Positions 36,611 through 43,973 of a stretch of 64,000 bases of DNA are shown here, piece after piece. Within the stretch, counting starts at the first letter, position 1. Each line of letters begins with the position of its first letter. The position numbers and the translations under genes are program-made. Source of the DNA: Myxococcota bacterium. Lineage in GTDB: Bacteria; Myxococcota_A; Polyangia; Polyangiales; Sandaracinaceae. The stretch covers positions 1 to 64,000 of the forward strand of contig JAYZQJ010000178.1 in NCBI GenBank assembly GCA_036149055.1. The letters are read 5' to 3'. The notes beneath the pieces were generated by a model, which was given only the letters and a program-made list of their open reading frames with translations, ran no database searches and was not told the DNA's origin.

Positions 36611-38787
36611 CCCGGGTGCTCCTGCTCTGGCCGGGCTGCGAGGGGCCGGCGAGCGGCAACTTCGGGGTGCCGCAGCTCGTCCTGATGGCGACCCACGCCC
36701 GCGCGAAGACCGGCGCGCACATCGAGATCGTCGACCTCGCGGCGGAGCGATGCTTCGGGCCGGTCGACGTGGCGAAGCTCTTCGACGGCTGGGACGTCAT
36801 CGCCTTCAGCGTCTACTCGAGCTTCGACTTCCTGAAGTGCATGGCCCTCGCGGAGCTCGCCCGGGAGCTGAACCCGGACGCGCTCATCGCCGCCGGCGGC
36901 TACCACGCGAGCGCGCGCCCCACCGAGCACGTCTTCGACGGATCGCCGTTCGACGTGTGCGTGGTCGGGGAGGGCGAGAACGCGCTCGTGAAGATGATCG
37001 AGTCGGTCGAGGGCGGCGCGCCGCTCCGCGAGACGATCCTCGCCAGCGATCCGATCCTCGACCTCGACACGCTCCCGCCGAGCGACTGGACCTTCCTCGA
37101 TCGCTACAAGCCGATCGCGCGCAAGATGGCGTCGCAGGCCCAGGTGTATCTCTCCCGCGGCTGCCCGTTCGACTGCGCCTTCTGCATGGAGCGCGCGAAG
37201 AGGGAGGTGAGCTGGCGCAGCCTGTCGGTCGAGCGCGCGGTGCAAGAGATCGTGTCGCTCCACGCCTACCTCGATCTTCGAGGCTGGACCCTCTACGTCG
37301 CCGACGCGCTCTTCGGCATGAAGAAGAGCTGGCGGCGGGAGCTCCTCGCGGCGCTCGCGCGGGAGCGGGTGCCCGTCGACAAGCTCTGGCTGCTCATCCG
37401 GGTGGACCTCGTCGAGGACGAGGACCTGCGGCTCTTCGCGGAGGCGAACTGCGGGCTCGGCTTCGGCCTCGAGTCGGGCGACCCGCAGCTGCTCGCGACC
37501 ATTCGCAAGGCGGGCCGGCTCGACACCTACCTCGAGCGCATGAAGGAGGTCAGCGCCTGGGCGCGCGAGCACGACGTGCCGTGGGGCGCGAACATCATCT
37601 GCGGCCACCCGGGCGAGACGCCGGGCACGATGGAGCGGAGCGCGGCCTACATGCGCGAGCTCTTCCTCGACCCGAAGGGAGTCACCGGCTTCCTGAGCGT
37701 CGACCCCTTCCGGCTCTACCCGGGCTCGCCGATCGACGCCGAGCGGGGGCAGTGGGAGCAGCGCTTCGGGACCCGCTTCCATCGGCCCTCGTGGTGGGAC
37801 GACGGCGATCAGGCGTTCCTCGCGGAGTGGGTCGACCCGAGCGCCGACCTCGACTGGCGGGAGCGCACCCGGCTGCAGCACGCGCTCTACGGGCCCGTGC
37901 TCGCGCGCGTCGGAGAGAACTTCGTCTACCGCGGTCCGGCGCGTGACTACTTCCTGCGCGCGGTGCGGGACCAGGTGCAGCAGAGCGAGCCGCGAACCCG
38001 CGCGCACTACCTCGGCCGCTACTACGCGTGGCTCCGCTACCTGGGCTTCCGGGAGAAGGCGGAGCGGGTGCGCCGCGAGGACGCCGAGCTGCGGGACGTC
38101 GCGCGTCGGCGCCGCAAGGCGTGGCGCCCGATCGTGGCCGAGCGCGCGAAGCTCCCCGTCGACGACGCGTGGCTCGACCTCGTGGAGCGCGTCCCGCGCG
38201 AGCTCTTCGTGCCCGTCGACCAGGTGGCGGAGTCGACCCGCGACGAGGCCGTCCCTCTCGACGCCAGCGGTGCGGCCACCGTCAGCGCCATGCACGCCTA
38301 CGCCCGCTCCTTCTCCCTGCTGGGCGTGGAGCCGGGCATGACCGTGCTCGACCTGGGAGGCGGCAGCGGCTACGGCGCCGCGATCCTCGCCGAGCGCGTC
38401 GGCGCGGAGGGCCGCGTCGTCACCGTCGAGATCGACCCCGCCCTCACCGCGCGCGCCGCCGAGCTCTGCCCCGCCCAGGTCACCTGCGTCACCGGCGACG
38501 CCCTCGACGTCGACGCGTGGGGCGTCGACCCAGAGACGATCGACGCCGTCACCGTAGGCTTCGCCCTCCCCGAGCTCCCGCCCGCCTGGCTCGCCCGCCT
38601 CCGCCCCGGCGTCCGCATCCTCGCCCCGATCGGCGAAGGCGACACCCAGACCCTCCAACGCGTCACCGTCGGCGCCGGCGAAGAGACCTTCGAGCCCGTC
38701 CGCTACGTCCCCCTCCGCCGCGAAGCGCCCCCCGCGCCCAAGCCCCCGAGATCACGCGCCAAACGCCGCCTGCCCCTTCAAGACTGA
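36607..38787 (+). CDS. B12-binding radical SAM protein fused to a C-terminal protein-L-isoaspartate O-methyltransferase (PIMT/PCMT)-like domain
   Basis: B12 domain (AGGYHAS, VVGEGE), SRGCPFDCAFC, GLESG, GHPGET, YPGSP; then VPRELFVP, VLDLGGGSGYGAAILA, VTVEID, LRPG..LAPIG, VRYVPL; ATGA overlap with the SPASM gene. Confidence 0.88.
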   Translation: MTRVLLLWPGCEGPASGNFGVPQLVLMATHARAKTGAHIEIVDLAAERCFGPVDVAKLFDGWDVIAFSVYSSFDFLKCMALAELARELNPDALIAAGGYHASARPTEHVFDGSPFDVCVVGEGENALVKMIESVEGGAPLRETILASDPILDLDTLPPSDWTFLDRYKPIARKMASQAQVYLSRGCPFDCAFCMERAKREVSWRSLSVERAVQEIVSLHAYLDLRGWTLYVADALFGMKKSWRRELLAALARERVPVDKLWLLIRVDLVEDEDLRLFAEANCGLGFGLESGDPQLLATIRKAGRLDTYLERMKEVSAWAREHDVPWGANIICGHPGETPGTMERSAAYMRELFLDPKGVTGFLSVDPFRLYPGSPIDAERGQWEQRFGTRFHRPSWWDDGDQAFLAEWVDPSADLDWRERTRLQHALYGPVLARVGENFVYRGPARDYFLRAVRDQVQQSEPRTRAHYLGRYYAWLRYLGFREKAERVRREDAELRDVARRRRKAWRPIVAERAKLPVDDAWLDLVERVPRELFVPVDQVAESTRDEAVPLDASGAATVSAMHAYARSFSLLGVEPGMTVLDLGGGSGYGAAILAERVGAEGRVVTVEIDPALTARAAELCPAQVTCVTGDALDVDAWGVDPETIDAVTVGFALPELPPAWLARLRPGVRILAPIGEGDTQTLQRVTVGAGEETFEPVRYVPLRREAPPAPKPPRSRAKRRLPLQD

Positions 38788-38806
38788 GTCCCCGACCCGG
38801 GACTTT

Positions 38807-39068
38807 GGGACGGAGTTTCCTTGTTGCCGTCCCGCTGGCCTCTCCTCGAACCGGTCCCCATTGACGGACACCGGGACGGAGTTTCCTTGTTGCCTCCCGC
38901 GCGTCCCTCGGTTGAGACCCCTCGAATCCGTGCAGGACTGCGTCGAAGTCCCAACGAGTTCCCGGGCGTAGGCAAGGTGGGCAACAAGGAAACTCCGTCC
39001 CATGTACCTAGATCTTGGAGGGGGCTCGGGCTCGCGCCGCCGACTCGGCAACAAGGAAACTCCGTCCC
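38807..39068. repeat. Cluster of four identical 22-bp repeats GGGACGGAGTTTCCTTGTTGCC (two direct then two inverted), type A
   Basis: Copies at 38807-38828 and 38873-38894 (+), 38980-39001 and 39047-39068 (-); between convergent genes. Confidence 0.9.
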
Positions 39069-39074
39069 CGGGTT

Positions 39075-39938
39075 CTAGATTCTGGACGCGCGTGCGAGGA
39101 GGGTGGGGCGCTCGGCGGGGCGCTCGACGAGGGCGCGTCGGGTGGTCTCGTCGCAGAGGCCGAGCTCGGTGGCGGGGGCGAGCACGCTCGTGAGGTCGAG
39201 GGCGGCGAGCCAGGTCGCGTGGGCGTCGCGCAGCTTCGTCGAGGCGCGCTCGAGGGTCGTGGCGACCCGGGTGAGCGCCGCCCACTCGGCTCGGACGTAG
39301 CGGTGATCCTCCGCGGCGCGGCTCGCCTCGCGCACTTCGGCTTCGTGCATCGCGAGCACCGCGGGGCGCTCGGCGGCCAGCGCGCCCCAGTCGTCGGGCA
39401 CGCCCACCAGGATGCGGCGCGCGAAGGCCCGGCCGCGCGAGCCCAGGGCCCAGACGATCTCGACGTCCGCGTCGCGCAGCGCGCTCGAGAGGCGGCGCGC
39501 CTCTTCGAGCGGCTCGCGCAGGCGCTCCAGCCGGGCGGCGCACTCCGCGAGGAGCTCTCCGTGCCAGCACCCCGCGTACGCCGGCGCGGCGAGGGACACA
39601 CACGCCCGGAAGAGCTCGACCGGCTCGGAGCTCCGGACGCGCGCGAGCAGGCTCGGCGCCGAGACGTCACCCTCGCCCAGCTCGGTCATCGCCAGCGCCG
39701 CCGTGGCCCGCAGCTGGGCGATGTCACCGTAGAGCTCGGGCGTCGACTGCAAGATCAGCTCGCCCATCGACGCGATCACCGCCGCGTCTCGAGCGAGCGG
39801 CGCCCGCGCCGCCTCGGGCAAGCTCCGCTCGCTCCACGCCAGGTAGCGCGGGTCGTCCAGACGCTCCGGGCCCGGCAGCGGGAGATGCGCGAGCGCGTGG
39901 AGACAGAGCTGGGTGTAGTCGTTGGCGACGCGGAGCAA
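39075..39938 (-). CDS. Hypothetical protein, possibly a degenerate zincin-like fold
   Basis: Starts immediately after the peptide gene stop (TTG inferred); GRAF...ILVG...VLAMHEAEV...RAEWAAL. Confidence 0.55.
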   Translation of the reverse strand: MLRVANDYTQLCLHALAHLPLPGPERLDDPRYLAWSERSLPEAARAPLARDAAVIASMGELILQSTPELYGDIAQLRATAALAMTELGEGDVSAPSLLARVRSSEPVELFRACVSLAAPAYAGCWHGELLAECAARLERLREPLEEARRLSSALRDADVEIVWALGSRGRAFARRILVGVPDDWGALAAERPAVLAMHEAEVREASRAAEDHRYVRAEWAALTRVATTLERASTKLRDAHATWLAALDLTSVLAPATELGLCDETTRRALVERPAERPTLLARASRI

Positions 39939-39940
39939 GG

Positions 39941-40186
39941 TCAGGGCGCTTCGGGGTCTTCGGGTTCCGCGGGTGGCGTCTCGGGCTCCTCGGGTGAAAC
40001 GGGCGAGAGGCACGGCATCGGCGCTGGCCCGGGATCGCTCTCCTGGATCGGAGCGCTCAGGCAGGGGCCCGGCGGCGGGTCACGATCGTCGCAACCCGCA
40101 GCGACGGCGATGCCCGAGAGCGCCAGGCCGATCAGCCGGCTCCGGCGCGCCAGGATGGCGGCGCGATCTTCGTCGTCCGAGGCCAC
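39941..40186 (-). CDS. Small Asp/Pro-rich (lipo)peptide with two PCLS motifs; candidate precursor/substrate
   Basis: 81 aa; ARRSR + hydrophobic stretch + AAGC lipobox; GPCLSAP and MPCLSPV; TAGCGT 6 nt before the GTG. Confidence 0.7.
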   Translation of the reverse strand: MASDDEDRAAILARRSRLIGLALSGIAVAAGCDDRDPPPGPCLSAPIQESDPGPAPMPCLSPVSPEEPETPPAEPEDPEAP

Positions 40187-40218
40187 CCGCCGACGCTACG
40201 CGCACCGGCCCGCTCGGG

Positions 40219-41712
40219 TCAAAGCTCCGGCCACGCGTCGACGCTCGCGCGGGCCTCCGCGTACCAGCGCCGCCACGCCTCGCGCACGCGACGATCGTCC
40301 GGGGGCAGCGTGGCCATCCACCGCCGCTCGCCTTCCTCGACCGCCCGCCGCATCGTCTCGCGATCGTCCTCGGCCATCACCCGCGCCGCCGCGCCGAAGA
40401 CCGCCGCCACCCGCCGCATCTCGCGCCCGCTCACTCGATCGAAGCGGTCTCGCGTGGTGTGGTAGGCGTCGTCGGTGAAGTGCCACCCGAGCACCGCGGG
40501 CAGCTGGCGGTCGAGGAACGGCACGTGGTCGCTCCCGCCCTCGAACGGGTTGGTGCGCCACCGCCACGGCCCGTCGAGCGCCTCCACCGCGCGCGCGCTC
40601 TCGAAGAGCAAGTCGTTGAGGAAGTGACCGCGGAGGTCGGCCTCGTCGACCTCGCCCGCGCCCCACTCGGTGTGCGCGTCGGGTGGACGGAGCCAGATCG
40701 CGCCCGGGTCCGGCATGCGCTCGATGAGGAACGGCGCGCCGGTCTCAGCAGGATCCTCGCCGACCATGTCGAGCACCAGGCCCGCGGCCACCGGCGCGTC
40801 GGTCTCCGCGAGCCACGCGCGCGAGACCTCGATCTCCTGGCCCCAGAGGAAGATCAGCGTGCGCCGGGCTGGCCGCCCCTGGAGCGCGACCGCGAGCTCG
40901 GCCAGCGCCGCGACCCCGCTCGCGTTGTCGTTGGCGCCGGGCTCGTCCGCGTGGGCCACGAACACGATCGCGCCCGCCGCCGGATCGGTCCCGGGGACGC
41001 GCGCCTCGACCGCCGTCGCTCGCGACTCGCCGACCGCCACGTCGATCTCGACCTCGACCCGCGCGTCCGTCACCGCGGCGAGCGCGCGGTAGTCCGCGTC
41101 GGAGAGCGAGAAGCCGATCCCTCCCGGCACGTAGCCGAACTGCGCGCTCTCCGGGTACCGCTCCGGCTGATGATAGGGCTCGAGGTTCCGCACCAGCAGC
41201 CCCGCCGCCCCGTTCGGCTCGACCAGCTCGGCGTACAGGGCGCGCGGCGATCCCACGCCGAGGATGAGCTTGCCCCGCGCGTCGGCCCCGCGTCGGACCG
41301 CGTCGGCGTGTACGACGTCGAGCTCACCGCGAAAGGACTCCGAGCCCACGAGCAGCGCCGCGCGATCCACCCCGGTCTCGTCCTCGAACGCGATCAGCGC
41401 GCGGCCGTCCAGCGCGAGCCGCGCCGACCGGGGCGTCCACGTGGGGCGGGCCGGTCCGAGCTGGATCCGGCGCACCGCCTCGAGCCCACCGCGCCGCAGC
41501 TCGGTCTCCACGCGCTCGAGGGTCTTCTGGTAGCCCTCGTTGCCGCGCACGCGGAAGAAGCGATCGACGTAGCGCACGGTGTCGAGCGCGGCCTCGGCGC
41601 GAAAGGCGGCGTGGACGTCGCGCGCGTGCCCCGCGACGCGATCGGAGGGAGCGGCCGAGGGGGCTCCCGGGCCGGCGCACGCGAGCAAGAGGAGCGGCCA
41701 GATCCATCGCAC
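40219..41712 (-). CDS. M28 family metallo-aminopeptidase (lipoprotein, PA-like insert)
   Basis: AHADEPGANDNASG, WGQEIE, LDMVG, SDHVPF, YHTTRD; signal LLLAC. Confidence 0.85.
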   Translation of the reverse strand: MRWIWPLLLLACAGPGAPSAAPSDRVAGHARDVHAAFRAEAALDTVRYVDRFFRVRGNEGYQKTLERVETELRRGGLEAVRRIQLGPARPTWTPRSARLALDGRALIAFEDETGVDRAALLVGSESFRGELDVVHADAVRRGADARGKLILGVGSPRALYAELVEPNGAAGLLVRNLEPYHQPERYPESAQFGYVPGGIGFSLSDADYRALAAVTDARVEVEIDVAVGESRATAVEARVPGTDPAAGAIVFVAHADEPGANDNASGVAALAELAVALQGRPARRTLIFLWGQEIEVSRAWLAETDAPVAAGLVLDMVGEDPAETGAPFLIERMPDPGAIWLRPPDAHTEWGAGEVDEADLRGHFLNDLLFESARAVEALDGPWRWRTNPFEGGSDHVPFLDRQLPAVLGWHFTDDAYHTTRDRFDRVSGREMRRVAAVFGAAARVMAEDDRETMRRAVEEGERRWMATLPPDDRRVREAWRRWYAEARASVDAWPEL

Positions 41713-41776
41713 GCCGCGAGCTTGCCACGCTTTGTCGCTTCCCGCGGGGGCCCGCGTCTGCTAACTCCGCCGCGCG

Positions 41777-42631
41777 ATGGCCAAGAAGAAGCGCAAGAAG
41801 GACAAGAAGCGGAAGAAGAAGATCGCTTCGACCGCCGACCGTCACGACCTGTATCAGCGCAGCGTCCAGAACCCCGACTTCGAGGTCGAGCTCGCCGACA
41901 GCTACTTCCGGCGCCGCGTGGGTCGGAAGCCGCTGACGCTGCTCGAGGACTTCTGCGGCACCGCGCTCCTCTGCGCCGAGTGGGTCAAGTCGGACCCGAA
42001 CCGCGAGGCCACCGGGGTCGACATCTCCGGCGAGGTGCTCGGGTGGGGCCGCGAGCACAACATCGTGCCGCTGGGCGACGACGCGGCGCGGGTGAACCTG
42101 GTCGAGGGCGACGTGCGCACCGTGCACGACCAGAAGTTCGACGTGCTGATGGCGCTCAACTACTCGTACTTCTGCTTCCAGGATCGCCCGACGCTCCGCG
42201 GCTACTTCGAGGCGGCGCGCCAGAACCTCGCCGAGGACGGGCTCCTCTTCCTCGATCTCTTCGGCGGCTGGGAGTCGGTGCAGGAGCTCGAGGAGGAGCG
42301 GGACTGCGAGGACTTCTGGTACATCTGGCACCAGGCCAAGTACGACCCGATCCAGAGCCACTTCCTCGGCCACATCCACTTCCGGTTCAAAGACGGAAGC
42401 AAGCTGAAGAAGGCCTTCACCTACGACTGGCGCCTCTGGAACATCCGCGAGCTGCGCGAGCTGCTCGAGGAGGCCGGCTTCTCGCACACCGAGGTGCTGT
42501 GGGAAGACGAGGACGAGGACGGCGAGGGCAACGGCGTCTACCGCCCGCGCGAGAAGGTCGGCAACGACCCCGGCTGGAACGCCTACATCCTCGCCAGCGT
42601 CGACACGCCGAAGAAGCTCAAGAAGGGATAG
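41777..42631 (+). CDS. Class I SAM-dependent methyltransferase
   Basis: EDFCGTA motif I, GVDIS, EGDV, FDVLMALNYS, GLLFLD, LLEEAGF. Confidence 0.8.
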   Translation: MAKKKRKKDKKRKKKIASTADRHDLYQRSVQNPDFEVELADSYFRRRVGRKPLTLLEDFCGTALLCAEWVKSDPNREATGVDISGEVLGWGREHNIVPLGDDAARVNLVEGDVRTVHDQKFDVLMALNYSYFCFQDRPTLRGYFEAARQNLAEDGLLFLDLFGGWESVQELEEERDCEDFWYIWHQAKYDPIQSHFLGHIHFRFKDGSKLKKAFTYDWRLWNIRELRELLEEAGFSHTEVLWEDEDEDGEGNGVYRPREKVGNDPGWNAYILASVDTPKKLKKG

Positions 42632-43154
42632 CGTCCCGGGCTCGCACGACGCGCGCGTCGTGAGAGAGGCGCATCAGGCGCAGCGCGGTCTCGTGTCGCT
42701 CGTCGTCGAGCGCCTCGCAGGCGTCCTCCACCACCGTGACCGGCATGTCCCGCATGCGCGCGTCGCTGACGGTGGCCAGCACGCACATGTCGGTGGTGAG
42801 GCCGGCGACGATCAGCTCCCGGCAGTCGAGCTCGGCGAGGAGCAGCTCGAGCGGCGTGCAGTAGAAGCCCGAGCGGTGCGGCTTGAGCACGAAGAGGTCG
42901 CCGTCCGCCGGGTGGAGCGCGCGGACCATCTCGGCGCCGGGCCCCTCCTCGCACTTGTCGACCAGCTCCTCGAACGACGAGCGCCAGCGACCGAAGTTGT
43001 CGTTGACGTAGATCACCGGGAGCCCGCGCGCGCGGGCGCGGTCGGCGAGGCTCGCGGCCGGCCCGAGGATGCGTCGCGCGCGAGCCTCGAGCGCCTCGGC
43101 GCCGTCGAAGTCGAAGGGGTGGATCACGTCGATCAGCAGCAGCGCGCAGCTCAC
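42618..43154 (-). CDS. Cysteine hydrolase (isochorismatase family)
   Basis: ALLLIDVI, PVIYVND, KPHRSGFY, GLTTDMCVLAT catalytic D/K/C triad pattern. Confidence 0.88.
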   Translation of the reverse strand: MSCALLLIDVIHPFDFDGAEALEARARRILGPAASLADRARARGLPVIYVNDNFGRWRSSFEELVDKCEEGPGAEMVRALHPADGDLFVLKPHRSGFYCTPLELLLAELDCRELIVAGLTTDMCVLATVSDARMRDMPVTVVEDACEALDDERHETALRLMRLSHDARVVRARDAIPS

Positions 43155-43289
43155 GATCGGAAGGGATAGGTCCGCTCCGGTCGCCCCCAATGCGCGCGGG
43201 TGCGCCACGGTCGTGGCGTGCTTGCCGGCGAGAGACGCGGCTCGGGGCGGGCGAAGGCGTCGGTCCGGCGGTTGCACTGACCCACCCTC

Positions 43290-43880
43290 GTGAGTGAATC
43301 GATTTTCGAGCGCGCCGCGCGTTGGTACGTGCGGCGCAAGGTCGACGGTGAGCAGGGCGCCAAGGCGCGCGTGGAGAGCGTGGCCGGGCCCTGGCGCGAC
43401 GCGGACGCGGTGATGGACGCGCTCGTGAAGAAGGAGGCGAAGAAGGCGGCGATCCGTGGCTTCGTCACCGGCCTCGCGGGCAGCCCCTGGACCGCCATCC
43501 CGCTCGCGCTCGCGAACCTGGACGGCGCCACGTCGCAGCAGGCGAAGCTCGCGGCGACGCTGGGCTACCTGAAGAACCCTCGGTACTTCGACCAGCCGGA
43601 CTGGGAGCTCGAGGTGTTGAAGGCGGTCACCGGCGTCGACGCGCGCGAGCTCGACGGCAAGGACCTCGCGAAGGTCCTCGGCAAGCGCTTCGCGATCGGC
43701 CGCGCCAAGAAGACCGGCGTGCGCCTCGCGGCCAACCTCGTCCCGGTGCTCGGCGGCGTCGCCGGCGCGGCCCTCGAGTACGCGAGCCTGAAGCGCACCG
43801 CCGAGCGCCTCCGCACCCAGCCGATGAGCCCGTCGATCGCGGCGCTGGAGCACGCCGCGCGCGACGTCATCGCCGCCTGA
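43290..43880 (+). CDS. EcsC-like hypothetical protein
   Basis: GFVTGLAG..IP..., NLVPVLGGVAGAA resemble the EcsC family. Confidence 0.55.
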   Translation: MSESIFERAARWYVRRKVDGEQGAKARVESVAGPWRDADAVMDALVKKEAKKAAIRGFVTGLAGSPWTAIPLALANLDGATSQQAKLAATLGYLKNPRYFDQPDWELEVLKAVTGVDARELDGKDLAKVLGKRFAIGRAKKTGVRLAANLVPVLGGVAGAALEYASLKRTAERLRTQPMSPSIAALEHAARDVIAA

Positions 43881-43891
43881 GCGGCGCCGCT

Positions 43892-43930
43892 AGAAAGGCA
43901 GAACCCCGCCGGTGGCGGCCGGCGGGGTTC
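43892..43930 (-). terminator. Rho-independent terminator for the 43974-45584 gene
   Basis: 12-bp stem GAACCCCGCCGG/CCGGCGGGGTTC followed on the minus strand by TGCCTTTCT. Confidence 0.65.
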
Positions 43931-43973
43931 CAGATTTAAGTCAAGCGTTACGTGGTCGGAGATCGGATTGTGC

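Noticed and set aside
38191..38720. A separate pcm gene
   Set aside because: The PIMT domain is in-frame with the B12-rSAM domain, with no intervening stop.
38807..39068. CRISPR array (22-bp repeats with 44-45-bp spacers)
   Set aside because: Only two copies per orientation, the pairs are inverted, repeats are short, related copies are dispersed elsewhere and no cas genes are in the window; a REP/MITE-like interpretation fits better.
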